DNA of 64,000 bases from Minisyncoccota bacterium (GTDB lineage: Bacteria; Patescibacteriota; Minisyncoccia; JBAYJV01), in contig JBAYJV010000001.1 of NCBI GenBank assembly GCA_041664925.1, forward strand, positions 213,438-277,437, given 5' to 3'. The translations under genes were made by a program, and so were the position numbers. The first letter of the stretch is position 1. The number at the start of each line of letters is the position of its first letter. This document shows, piece by piece, positions 46,196-55,374 of this stretch. The notes beneath the pieces are model-generated. The model ran no database searches. It had not been told where the DNA came from and saw nothing but the letters and a program-made list of their open reading frames with translations.

Positions 46196-48826
46196 ATGGC
46201 AAAAAGAAAATACTACCGCCATCAGGACGGAGTCGGTAGTATTCCTATAAATAAAAAAAGAAAATATCATGCTTGGCGCAAAAGAAGTTTTAGTGCTTAC
46301 CTGCGTCTATTTTTTAAATTAAGTCTTATTGGGATTGCTTCGTTGTTTTTTGTTATTCTTCTGGCTTTCATCTATTACACCAAAGATCTTCCTAATCCTC
46401 AGGAAGTCCTCAATAAGCCATTTGATCAATCTACAAAAATTTATGCTCGTGATGAAAAAACTCTCCTTTATGAAGTCTTTAATGGTGGAAAAAGAACTGT
46501 TGTTGGCATTGAAAACATTTCTCCTTACGTCATAAATGCGACCATAGCCATAGAAGACAATAATTTTTATAAGCATCCCGGTATTGATTTCAGGGGAATT
46601 TTGAGATCTGCCTGGATTGCGGTAAAAACCGGTGGACAATATGTTCAGGGAGCATCAACGATTACTCAGCAATTTGTTAGAAATTCTCTCTTAACTCTTG
46701 ATCGGACTATCAGTAGAAAATTAAAAGAAATTATTTTGTCATTGGAACTAGAAAGAAGATACACAAAAAATGACATTTTGGCTTTCTATTTAAATCAAAT
46801 ACCCTACGGATCAAATACCTACGGTGTTGAATCAGCCAGTCGGGCCTTTTTTGGAAAATCAGTTAAAGATGTCACTTTGGGAGAAGCCGCAATTCTAGCT
46901 GCCATACCCAAAGCCCCATCAAAATATTCTCCTTATGGTACTAACCCCGAACTTCTTTTGGGTCGCCAGAAATTAGTCTTAAAAAGAATGAAAGATCTTG
47001 GATATATTACAGAAAAGGAAATGACTGATGCTTTGGCAGAAAAGATTGAATTCCAGAAACAAAAAACTGGATTTAAGGCTCCTCATTTTGTCATGTATAT
47101 CAAAGAACAATTAGAGGCAAAATATGGTAAAGATGTTATCGAAACGGGAGGGCTTCATGTTTATACAACTCTTGATTGGGATTTACAGCAAAAAGCTGAA
47201 GAAATTGTCTCAAAAAATGGTGTTCAAAATGAAAAAGAGTTTGGCGCAAAAAATGCTGCTTTAGTTGCTATCGATCCTAGGACTGGTGAAATTTTATCTA
47301 TGGTTGGTTCCAGAGATTATTTCGACACAGAAAATGATGGCAATGTAAATGTTGCCCTTAGACCTCGCCAGCCCGGATCTGCCTTTAAGCCTTTTGCTTA
47401 TTCAACTGCTTTCGCAAAAGGATATACGCCAGACACAATTCTTTATGATGTTAAAACTGAGTTCAATCCTTATTGCCTCTCTAGCGCTGTTCAAGCCAAG
47501 GATCAGTTCGGCTTAGACTGCTATCATCCTAATAATTATGACAATAACGAGCGTGGTCCTCTCACGATGCGCTCAGCCTTAGCTCAATCACTTAATATTC
47601 CTTCCGTTAAAACTCTTTACCTGGCAGGAATAGACGACACGATTGCGCTGGCAAAAAAAATGGGCATTTCTACCCTTGAAGATCGATCACGCTTTGGATT
47701 AGCTTTAGTTCTTGGCGGAGGCGAAGTTAAGCTTCTAGAATTAACCTCAGCTTACGGGATTTTTGCTACCGAAGGATTAAAAAATAATTATTACAGCATT
47801 GTTCGCGTTGAGGATGGTAAAGGAAATATCCTTGAAGAATATAAGCCCGAACAGCCAGAAAGAGTTTTGGATCAAAATGTTTCTCGATTGATCACTGATG
47901 TTTTATCAGATAATAATGCTCGCGCGCCGATATTTGGCACTGCCAGCTCCTTGTATTTTGGAGATACTCCTGTAGCGGCAAAAACTGGAACAACTCAAGA
48001 TTATCGAGATGGTTGGACAATTGGTTATACGCCAAATTTCGTCGCTGGTGTTTGGACCGGCAATAATGATAATTCATCTATGGGTAAAACTGCTGGCATC
48101 AGAACTGCCGGACTGATTTGGCATGAATTTATGCTCGAAGCTCTAAAAAATAGAGAAAAAACAAGCTTTAATCCGCCAACTATTGCTGTTCCAGATAAGC
48201 CGGTATTAAGAGGAGTGGTCGGCGGAGAGACTGTTAAGATAGATACTGTTTCTGGCAAGCGAGCTACTGACTTAACACCGCCGGAATTAATAGAAGAAAA
48301 AACTTTTTTGAAGGCCCATTGCATTCTTTACTATGTAAACAAAGATGATCCTCAGGGTCCTGCGCCAACAAATCCAGCTGATGATCCTCAGTTTAATAAC
48401 TGGGAACAAGCTGTTAGGTCGTGGGCGCAAGATCCAGCAAGAGGCAATCTTGTCGAAGAAATCCCTCCTCAAGAATTTGACAATATTCATACGCTAGAAA
48501 ATAAACCGATTCTTGAGATATTATCGCCCGGCAACGGCGATACGCTCAGAAGCGATACTGTTAGAATTTCCGCTGATGTCAGGGCTAATTATCCAATTAA
48601 AGAAGTAGATTTTTTCTTTGACGATATTTTCCTGGGATCAAAAGTTTCCTCTCCTTATGATTGGAGTTTTAAACCATCAGGAGATCAATTGTTGGGTCGT
48701 CACAAAATCACGGTTAAGGCCTATGACATCTATCTAAACTCATCCGCAAAGAGTATTAATATTACAACTGATATTGGAAATATTTCTGATAGCAGCGAAG
48801 CAACAGGTACCATTATAATTCCGTAA
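46196..48826 (+). CDS. Class A penicillin-binding protein (PBP1A-like) with C-terminal Ig-like domain
   Basis: ED..F..H.G, GASTITQQ, SAFK, SLN, KTGT; beta-rich C-terminus. Confidence 0.95.
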   Translation: MAKRKYYRHQDGVGSIPINKKRKYHAWRKRSFSAYLRLFFKLSLIGIASLFFVILLAFIYYTKDLPNPQEVLNKPFDQSTKIYARDEKTLLYEVFNGGKRTVVGIENISPYVINATIAIEDNNFYKHPGIDFRGILRSAWIAVKTGGQYVQGASTITQQFVRNSLLTLDRTISRKLKEIILSLELERRYTKNDILAFYLNQIPYGSNTYGVESASRAFFGKSVKDVTLGEAAILAAIPKAPSKYSPYGTNPELLLGRQKLVLKRMKDLGYITEKEMTDALAEKIEFQKQKTGFKAPHFVMYIKEQLEAKYGKDVIETGGLHVYTTLDWDLQQKAEEIVSKNGVQNEKEFGAKNAALVAIDPRTGEILSMVGSRDYFDTENDGNVNVALRPRQPGSAFKPFAYSTAFAKGYTPDTILYDVKTEFNPYCLSSAVQAKDQFGLDCYHPNNYDNNERGPLTMRSALAQSLNIPSVKTLYLAGIDDTIALAKKMGISTLEDRSRFGLALVLGGGEVKLLELTSAYGIFATEGLKNNYYSIVRVEDGKGNILEEYKPEQPERVLDQNVSRLITDVLSDNNARAPIFGTASSLYFGDTPVAAKTGTTQDYRDGWTIGYTPNFVAGVWTGNNDNSSMGKTAGIRTAGLIWHEFMLEALKNREKTSFNPPTIAVPDKPVLRGVVGGETVKIDTVSGKRATDLTPPELIEEKTFLKAHCILYYVNKDDPQGPAPTNPADDPQFNNWEQAVRSWAQDPARGNLVEEIPPQEFDNIHTLENKPILEILSPGNGDTLRSDTVRISADVRANYPIKEVDFFFDDIFLGSKVSSPYDWSFKPSGDQLLGRHKITVKAYDIYLNSSAKSINITTDIGNISDSSEATGTIIIP

Positions 48827-49081
48827 AAAAAGAGGCTTGTGTGACGTTGTATATTGATTTGTTAGACACTGATTTGTTAGACACCGAGTGTCTAACAAGT
48901 TTTTTTATATTAGCAAAAAAGTGCCATATGTGTGTGCACATTACCATAAACTATTGACTTTTGATATATAATATGCTACAATGAGTAGTATTGAGTATCG
49001 GTCCTTTGTTGAAACATCGAAGGGCAAGCAATTGCAAAAATATTATAAAAACAACTTGCTTGCTCACCGAAGTTTCAACAT

Positions 49082-49157
49082 GCTCCGGTAGCTCAGTGGA
49101 CAGAGCGACGGCCTTCTAAGCCGTGGGTCGGGGGTTCAAATCCTCTCCGGAGTACCA
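49082..49157 (+). tRNA. tRNA-Arg(TCT)
   Basis: Cloverleaf, loop CT-TCT-AA, CCA encoded. Confidence 0.96.
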
Positions 49158-49161
49158 GAAA

Positions 49162-49238
49162 GGGTCCGTAGCTCAGTTGGATAGAGCAGCCGGCTCATAA
49201 CCGGTAGGTCTCGGGTTCAAGTCCCGGCGGACCCACCA
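49162..49238 (+). tRNA. tRNA with CAT anticodon (probably Ile2, otherwise elongator Met)
   Basis: Cloverleaf, loop CT-CAT-AA, paired G1-C72 so not initiator, CCA encoded. Confidence 0.93.
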
Positions 49239-49246
49239 GAGCAGCA

Positions 49247-49321
49247 GGGCGCATAACTCAGCGGAAGAGTAGCGGACTTTTAATCCGTTAGCCGCGGGTT
49301 CGATCCCCGCTGCGCCCACCA
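49247..49321 (+). tRNA. tRNA-Lys(TTT)
   Basis: Cloverleaf, loop CT-TTT-AA, CCA encoded. Confidence 0.96.
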
Positions 49322-49322
49322 G

Positions 49323-49361
49323 CCCCGCACTAAACAGAGTTAGTGCGGGGATCTTTTTTTT
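49323..49361 (+). terminator. Terminator of the tRNA operon
   Basis: CCCCGCACTAA..TTAGTGCGGGG followed by a T-run. Confidence 0.85.
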
Positions 49362-49407
49362 ATAGACTATTGACAACATTTTTGTTTATCCTATAATTGT
49401 TTTTACT

Positions 49408-49557
49408 GGGGGCGGGCGTCGCAGATGGTTCGGTTGTTGGTGTAACTTGTGGTTACAGACGCATAGTTGCAGACGCAGACTCGGATCTTGTGAGAGTAGG
49501 TAAGTAGCTTTCAAGTCTCCATCAATAGACGGCGTTCTCGGGCTGCGCGCCTCCCCC
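49408..49557 (+). ncRNA. ssrS: Probable 6S RNA
   Basis: TTGACA..TATAAT promoter; long irregular hairpin GGGGGCGGGCG..CGCCTCCCCC; GATGGTTCG and ACGGCGTTCTCGG resemble conserved 6S internal-loop elements. Confidence 0.6.
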
Positions 49558-49605
49558 TTCTTCATTCTAAAAGTTCTTTGAATCAAATTTCGTTCATAAG
49601 CGATA

Positions 49606-50083
49606 CTCCCGAGAGAAGCATAGGCTTCTCTCTTTTTTTGTTGCTTTTCGGGGAAATAGTTGACAAATAAATATATAGTTGTAGAATGACAATATCTAAG
49701 GAGGTTTCTATGGCAAACATGTCATTAGTAGGACATGAGAATGTTAGGGTTGAAGTTGTTGGCATTAACAATCGAAAAGGTGAAATCAATATCGTTATTT
49801 CTTATACATTAAAACAATTGCTGAGCAGCGAAACAGAATCACTGGTTATTCCATCAGAAAAACAAGCTCTTATAAAAACATTAATGGGTTTGACTTCAAT
49901 AGAACTTGATTCTCTCCGTGTTGCATTAATATCGTTACGAGGCGTTATGCACGATAACGATAAAAATCTTAGTTTTTCAATTCTTCGAACTATTGAATTT
50001 GTTCGTAACTGGAATCCGGAAAAAGAAAATGACTAATAGATCAGTTCTCCCGAGAGAAGCATAGGCTTCTCTCTTTTTTGTTG
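49606..50083 (+). repeat. Direct repeats of about 38 bp, each a terminator (49606-49644 and 50047-50083)
   Basis: CTCCCGAGAGAAGCATAGGCTTCTCTCTTTTTT(T)GTTG twice. Confidence 0.9.
49710..50036 (+). CDS. Hypothetical protein (cassette)
   Basis: TTGACA..TAGAAT promoter, AAGGAGG before ATG 49710. Confidence 0.7.
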   Translation: MANMSLVGHENVRVEVVGINNRKGEINIVISYTLKQLLSSETESLVIPSEKQALIKTLMGLTSIELDSLRVALISLRGVMHDNDKNLSFSILRTIEFVRNWNPEKEND

Positions 50084-50118
50084 ATTTTTGGAGAAAATGA
50101 AGTGATAATTATTTAATT

Positions 50119-51363
50119 ATGAAATACGATTTAATTGTCATTGGCGGAGGACCAGCCGGCATGATGGTAGCTGGAAGAGCGGCAGAAAATGGCGCTCGTG
50201 TTTTGTTGATTGAAAAAAACGATATTCTTGGAAAAAAACTTCTATTAACCGGCAAAGGAAGATGCAATATCACTCATGCCGAATTTAATGTTGAAAATTT
50301 TTGCCGTTATTTTGGAAAAAGTAGCTACTTTTTGAAACCCGCCCTATATCAATTTGGCCCCAAAGAAATCATTGATTTTTTTGAAAAAAGAAATGTTGGT
50401 ATAAAAATCGAACGAGGAAAGCGCGCTTTTCCAAAAAGTGATAAATCTCAAGATGTTTTAAGGGCGCTTATTGATTATTTGAAAAACACGAATGTTGAAA
50501 TAAAAACTGGATCAACCGTAAAATCAGTAATTACAGAAAACAAAGAAATAAAAAAAATAATCTTATCAGATGGCAAGATCTTTGAAGCAAATAATTACGC
50601 AGTCTGCAGTGGCGGACAATCTTACCCATTAACAGGATCAATAGGCGACGGTTACCTGTGGCTCGAAAAAATGGAACACAGTATTGTACCTCCAAGACCC
50701 GCCTTAGTGCCAATTATTGTCAAAGAAAGATTTGTAAAAGATATTGAAGGGTTGAGCCTAAAAAATGTTTCTATTGCTATTTTTCAAAACAATAAAAAAA
50801 TAGACTCACGTTTTGGCGAAGCTTTATTCACAGATAATGGTATGAGCGGACCAATTATTTTAGATATGAGCAAGAAAATTGGCGAGCTTTTAAAGACAGG
50901 TAGCGTTGACCTTGAAATAGATTTTAAGCCTGCGCTAAGTTTTGAAATTTTAGATGAACGGCTTTTGCGAGATTTTAAAGAATTTTCTGGAAAGATGTTT
51001 AAAAATTATCTTGATGAGCTTCTGCCAAAAAAAATTATTCCTTTAATATTAAAACTTTCCGGTATTGACCCAGAGAAAAAGATTAATTCTATATCAAAAG
51101 ATGAGCGAAAAAAAATAATCCATCTGCTCAAAAATTTCAAGCTTACTATTGATAGAACTGACGGATTTGAGAATGCTATTATAACGGCTGGCGGAGTGAG
51201 TTTAAAAGAAGTTGATCCAAAAACCATGAAATCAAAAATTATAAAAAACCTCTATTTAGCAGGAGAAATATTGGACATAGATGGTCCAACCGGAGGTTTT
51301 AACTTGCAAGTTTGTTGGTCAACTGGTTTTGCGATTGGAGAAAATTTTAAAAAAATTAAATAG
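50119..51363 (+). CDS. HI0933/YhiN-family NAD(P)/FAD-dependent oxidoreductase
   Basis: GGGPAG, GKKLLLTGKGRCN, GG.SYP.TGS.GDG, TAGGV and DGPTGGFNLQ motifs. Confidence 0.95.
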   Translation: MKYDLIVIGGGPAGMMVAGRAAENGARVLLIEKNDILGKKLLLTGKGRCNITHAEFNVENFCRYFGKSSYFLKPALYQFGPKEIIDFFEKRNVGIKIERGKRAFPKSDKSQDVLRALIDYLKNTNVEIKTGSTVKSVITENKEIKKIILSDGKIFEANNYAVCSGGQSYPLTGSIGDGYLWLEKMEHSIVPPRPALVPIIVKERFVKDIEGLSLKNVSIAIFQNNKKIDSRFGEALFTDNGMSGPIILDMSKKIGELLKTGSVDLEIDFKPALSFEILDERLLRDFKEFSGKMFKNYLDELLPKKIIPLILKLSGIDPEKKINSISKDERKKIIHLLKNFKLTIDRTDGFENAIITAGGVSLKEVDPKTMKSKIIKNLYLAGEILDIDGPTGGFNLQVCWSTGFAIGENFKKIK

Positions 51364-51369
51364 AAAAAT

Positions 51370-52167
51370 ATGAAAATTGGGCTCAAGATAAAATACACAA
51401 GAAATGCTTCTTCGATTTTTCCATATCTAGATAAATTGCGTGGAAAAATTGATTATCTTGAATTAGGAACACGTCCAGAAGAAGATTTTCATCAATTCGA
51501 AATTTTAAAAAACCAGGGATTTTCTTTTACAGTCCATGCCCCTATGCAAGAAAATAATGTTAATATTGCAGAGCCAAAGAAAGATGTTTCTAGTCACCAT
51601 GGCATTGATATCGCTAGGCAAGCCGCTGACCTTTTCGATGCACCTGTTATAGTTATTCATCCTGGAGATGTTGAAACTGAAAATTCTTCTATCGAACATA
51701 TGGTAACATTGCTTAATGAGTATCGTGATTCAAGATTCTATATCGAGAATTTATATGACCAAGCAAGATCTCTCCCATTTATAAGAATTGCTTACGATAT
51801 CAATAATCTAAAGCGCACAAAAAATGAAGCAAAAACAGGATTTTGTTTAGATTTTGGACATGCTTTAGTTCAGGCTTCGCGAGAAAAAAGAGAATATTAC
51901 AGTTACATAGAAGAGATGGCAAGAGAACTTCACCCGACCTATTTTCATCTTCACAATGGCGATGGGCTGGAAGATAAACATTGGCCTATTTCTTACCGAA
52001 AAGGGTTTATTGACTACAAAAAAATTACCCATCTTTGGCCAGAAAACGCTATGCTTACCCTAGAAATCGCTGTCTTTGATGAGAATAATGCCTTTAATAT
52101 TAAGAGTGTTTTAGGGGATGTGGATTACTTGAGAAATTTGCTTATTGACACAGGGAAAATAAAATAG
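51370..52167 (+). CDS. Xylose-isomerase-like/AP-endonuclease-2 TIM-barrel protein
   Basis: VHAP, VIHPG, IEN, LDFGH, HLHN..D.H and LE metal-ligand pattern. Confidence 0.85.
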   Translation: MKIGLKIKYTRNASSIFPYLDKLRGKIDYLELGTRPEEDFHQFEILKNQGFSFTVHAPMQENNVNIAEPKKDVSSHHGIDIARQAADLFDAPVIVIHPGDVETENSSIEHMVTLLNEYRDSRFYIENLYDQARSLPFIRIAYDINNLKRTKNEAKTGFCLDFGHALVQASREKREYYSYIEEMARELHPTYFHLHNGDGLEDKHWPISYRKGFIDYKKITHLWPENAMLTLEIAVFDENNAFNIKSVLGDVDYLRNLLIDTGKIK

Positions 52168-52288
52168 AAAATATTAATTAGAAAAGGTGATTGCGTCGAT
52201 CCATTTTTTACGGACCGAAACCGATCACCTTTTTGTTTTAAAATAAAAGCGCAAGAAGTCTTTTCCTGCGCCATCTGTTGTGAATACA

Positions 52289-52681
52289 TTAATCTATGAG
52301 AAGCCTATTGCTTGCTTTTAGAGCAGGCACCCTACAAAGCATAGCAATTTCCTCTGGAGTCTTATAACACAAAGTTAAAAGAACTAAAAAGAAAAGCAAG
52401 GAATTGGGAACAAATACTCCTTGAAGAGGATATTCAATCAAATGAGCATCTTCTTCGTGAAGATCTTTCTCGTTAACCCATGTCCATTTCTTTGTACCAC
52501 CATGAAATAGCGACCACCCAAGACCAAGCGGTCCCCTAAGAAGTCCTCCTTGAATCCCTCTTCCTTCAGGACATTCAAAGATTAAGAGAAAAAGAGGATT
52601 CACTCTTTCTTGGTCTGATTTTAGATATACCTTGACACATCTTGCGGGTTTTAGATCTATTCTCTCAGCCTCGTCTGTCAT
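52289..52681 (-). CDS. Hypothetical protein
   Basis: AAGGAGG SD; terminator at about 52244-52272. Confidence 0.68.
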   Translation of the reverse strand: MTDEAERIDLKPARCVKVYLKSDQERVNPLFLLIFECPEGRGIQGGLLRGPLGLGWSLFHGGTKKWTWVNEKDLHEEDAHLIEYPLQGVFVPNSLLFFLVLLTLCYKTPEEIAMLCRVPALKASNRLLID

Positions 52682-52701
52682 TCAACCTCCTTTTAATAAT
52701 T

Positions 52702-52989
52702 CTAAAGATTAATCTCTGTCTTGCGACGCATCATCGTCCAGGAAATACTACACACAACATTGCCAATAAGTAGCAGAAAGACGAGATAGCCCGCCTTAGC
52801 ACCACAAACAAGTTTTTTTCGACAAATTATGATTGTCGCCACAGAAATAATACCCACCGAAAGAAGCGTTAGTGTGAGGGTTGTGTTTGATACGCTAAAA
52901 AATGATCCAATTAAAGTCGTTATACTGACATAAGTCAAAAGACAGCCCAAAACCACCCACCAATCGTATGACCTAATCCACTTTTTCAT
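52702..52989 (-). CDS. Hypothetical membrane protein (cassette)
   Basis: Three TM segments; GGAGG SD; leader motif upstream. Confidence 0.7.
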   Translation of the reverse strand: MKKWIRSYDWWVVLGCLLTYVSITTLIGSFFSVSNTTLTLTLLSVGIISVATIIICRKKLVCGAKAGYLVFLLLIGNVVCSISWTMMRRKTEINL

Positions 52990-52999
52990 CTTTCCCTCC

Positions 53000-53079
53000 G
53001 TTAGAGATTCTTAACGAACTTGTGAGTTTAGAAACTCTTACGTCCCGGCTTGCCCTGCCTACCGGCAGGCAGGCGGGAC
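53000..53079 (-). promoter_or_regulatory. Two-hairpin leader motif, copy D (P1 carries a 20-bp insertion)
   Basis: GTCCCG[CCTGCCTGCCGGTAGGCAGG]GCAAGCCGGGAC then GTAAGAGTTTCT...AGAATCTCTAAC and GGAGG. Confidence 0.8.
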
Positions 53080-53193
53080 AACCTTAGTTATTTTTAAAGA
53101 ACTTGCCAGTTTTAAAATCTTATCATTTTACTATTTTATAGTCAAGGATTATATATAAAAACAGGGAGACGAACTACTCGTCTCCCTTTTTCT

Positions 53194-54195
53194 CTAGTAA
53201 AGATACTTTGGATCGATTTCTTGTCCTAAATGGATTGCTCGGACAACATCTGCTAGCATTTGCGCAATTGAAATGATTTTCGTATTTGGTAATCGTTTTG
53301 TTGCGGGAATTGGCAAGCTATTGGTAAAAATAAATTCAACGCTAATTCCTCTTGATCTTGCTAATCCTACGATATGGAAAAGTTTTTTATTAGCAAGTCC
53401 GCAAAGAACACCATGGGCAGAAATATAGATAAATCTTTTAAGGATTGGGTAATTTTCAATAAGATCAATTGCGATGTCTTCAAAAGTTCCACCTTCACTG
53501 ATCTCATCGTCAATACCAATGACGATTTCTTTAACTTCTCCATCAATTCCAAGAAATTTTGATTTACCATCACCCGATCTGCTTTTTTTGCCATGAATTA
53601 CTGGCAACCTCATTTCTTTGGCGAAAGTTGCTAACCGCTCTTCCCGTCCTCCGTCTGGAGTTAAAAGAGTAACATTGTCAGCCCCAATCAATCCTTCTAA
53701 CTCCTCAACGATCCGATATTTTGCCCCCAAGTGAATTACTGGTACGCCAAAATATTCTTTGACATCAAGATTATGAAGCATAATAATAACAACTTGGTCA
53801 GCGCCAGCAAGTTTTATCTCTTCGGCATAAAGCTTGGCTCCAATGGGAACACCTTTTGGTTTTTCCCGATGCGATCTGCCGTAAGAGAAATAGCCAATAA
53901 CTGCAATAACCTTTCTGGCTCCATTTTCTTTAGCAGCACGCATCAATTTCTTAAACTCAGCAAACTCTTCCTCAATCCCTCTAGTCGGTGCAAAAGTATG
54001 AAACACGAAGACAGTGCAACCATCTACATTAGAACCTTCTTCTTCTATGAGTAACTGAGGTAGCGTGTTTTCGTTTGGAAACTTAAGTATCTGATGGCGA
54101 GCGTGATCAATGCCAAGAATTTTAGCAACTTCTTCCATTAAATCTGGATGAGCACTGGTGCTTAACAGCCGAACTTTTTCTAATCCCGTTGCCAT
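53194..54195 (-). CDS. Divergent ribose-phosphate pyrophosphokinase-like protein
   Basis: FPN.N, YFSYGR, LH, PDGG, K.R, DDEISEGGT, HG and TNS correspond to Prs motifs but with substitutions. Confidence 0.82.
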   Translation of the reverse strand: MATGLEKVRLLSTSAHPDLMEEVAKILGIDHARHQILKFPNENTLPQLLIEEEGSNVDGCTVFVFHTFAPTRGIEEEFAEFKKLMRAAKENGARKVIAVIGYFSYGRSHREKPKGVPIGAKLYAEEIKLAGADQVVIIMLHNLDVKEYFGVPVIHLGAKYRIVEELEGLIGADNVTLLTPDGGREERLATFAKEMRLPVIHGKKSRSGDGKSKFLGIDGEVKEIVIGIDDEISEGGTFEDIAIDLIENYPILKRFIYISAHGVLCGLANKKLFHIVGLARSRGISVEFIFTNSLPIPATKRLPNTKIISIAQMLADVVRAIHLGQEIDPKYLY

Positions 54196-54206
54196 AACAC
54201 ACCTCC

Positions 54207-54289
54207 GTTAGAGATTCTTAGCGAACTTTTGTGAGCCTAGAAGCTCTTACGTCCTGCCGTAGCTCCGGTTTACCGGAGCGAAGGAGGAC
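54207..54289 (-). promoter_or_regulatory. Two-hairpin leader motif, copy E
   Basis: GTCCTCCTTCG..CTACGGCAGGAC then GTAAGAGCTTCT...AGAATCTCTAAC and GGAGG. Confidence 0.8.
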
Positions 54290-54514
54290 CGCCTTTATTC
54301 TATTGTGAATGAACTTTTCCCCTTATTCTTCTTTTATCAAAGTTTTAAACGAATGTCAAAGAAATCGTATGTTATATTATGTAGTGTTACCAGGTAACAC
54401 TAAATAAACCCCGCACCAATTTGGTACGGGGTTCTTAATTTTGTTTCTTTTCGCTTTACTCAAAGACAAAATTAGAAAAAAGCGCCGAGTCTGACTCAGC
54501 GCCATGATTTAGAA

Positions 54515-54834
54515 CTAAGCATGCGGAAGTTGTTCTTCCCACAATTGCTTATCTTCTCCCAATAACCGATTTTTAATCGGCTTAAGTTGAATGGCAAGTT
54601 CTTCTTCACTTAATGTTCTTGGATCAACTCCTAATTGATTTGTTAATTCTTTGCGAAAACGCCTCATAACTACTTCGATTAACTTACTCTTAGGAACCTG
54701 ACATGCTTCTGAAAGCACCTCGAGAAAATCACAGACATCGGCTGTAATATTAAATTTCTATTCAATTGTTCGCTTCGAGGTACCCACGGTACAGTACCCA
54801 ATCCTTCACGAACTTTAACATCTTCTCTTTTCAT
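54515..54834 (-). pseudogene. Frameshifted ribbon-helix-helix-like gene (cassette)
   Basis: SD and ATG at 54834 open MKREDVK..EQLNR; adding one A near 54755 joins KFNITADVCDFLEVLSEACQVPKSKLIEVVMRRF. Confidence 0.55.
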
Positions 54835-54844
54835 CTTTCCTCCT

Positions 54845-54908
54845 ATTAGATTCTCTTTGTGAGTTTACGAACATCAGAAAATCTTACATCCTGAGTTTAT
54901 CGAAGGAT
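54845..54908 (-). promoter_or_regulatory. Two-hairpin leader motif, copy F
   Basis: ATCCTTCGATAAACTCAGGAT then GTAAGATTTTCT...AGAGAATCTAAT and AGGAGG; TTGACA..TAAGAT and AGTTCTT upstream. Confidence 0.78.
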
Positions 54909-55010
54909 TATTTTTAAGAACTATTAATATCTTACTATTATTTCAATTTATGTCAAGGGTTAATGTTGTTATTAATCAAAAAGGAGACACTTTCTCTGTG
55001 TCCCCTCGTT

Positions 55011-55217
55011 TTATACAGAAATACTTTTTTTCAAAGAACGATTTTTGAAATAGGCATAGATTTTCCCTCGCCGCCTTGTATACCTCTCTGGACTCCACGT
55101 CCAAACATCATGAATGGGAATTCCTGCGATAAGAAACGAGATGCAAGGTCCAATTACAGCAAATACCGCTGCGCCAAATACGCACATTATCGCAAATTCA
55201 ACAAAACTCAATTCCAT
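55011..55217 (-). CDS. Small hypothetical membrane protein (cassette)
   Basis: GGGAGG SD; one TM segment; terminator-like hairpin at about 54977-55006. Confidence 0.6.
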   Translation of the reverse strand: MELSFVEFAIMCVFGAAVFAVIGPCISFLIAGIPIHDVWTWSPERYTRRRGKIYAYFKNRSLKKSISV

Positions 55218-55374
55218 TTTTCCTCCCTTTGGCTTCTAATAAAATGATATCAAAATTTGTTTTTAAATCAACTTTAATCCACTTTTAGTCATCATCCTTT
55301 TAATGGTATAATAGATCTAATGAATTAGAAAACATAAATAGTTTTTGGTTTTGTTGTTTGTTTTTATTGTTTCT

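Noticed and set aside
49408-49557. tmRNA suggested by the GGGGGCG start
   Set aside because: Too short, no T-arm/CCA 3' end and no tag frame; folds as one long hairpin
49173-49586. ORFs 49173..49379 and 49386..49586
   Set aside because: Antisense to the tRNAs and the 6S-like RNA
53000-53041. Leader motif as a dif/Xer site or integron attC
   Set aside because: Only partial arm similarity, spacer length varies between copies, GTT/AAC are in the wrong arrangement for attC, and copies are always oriented with the gene
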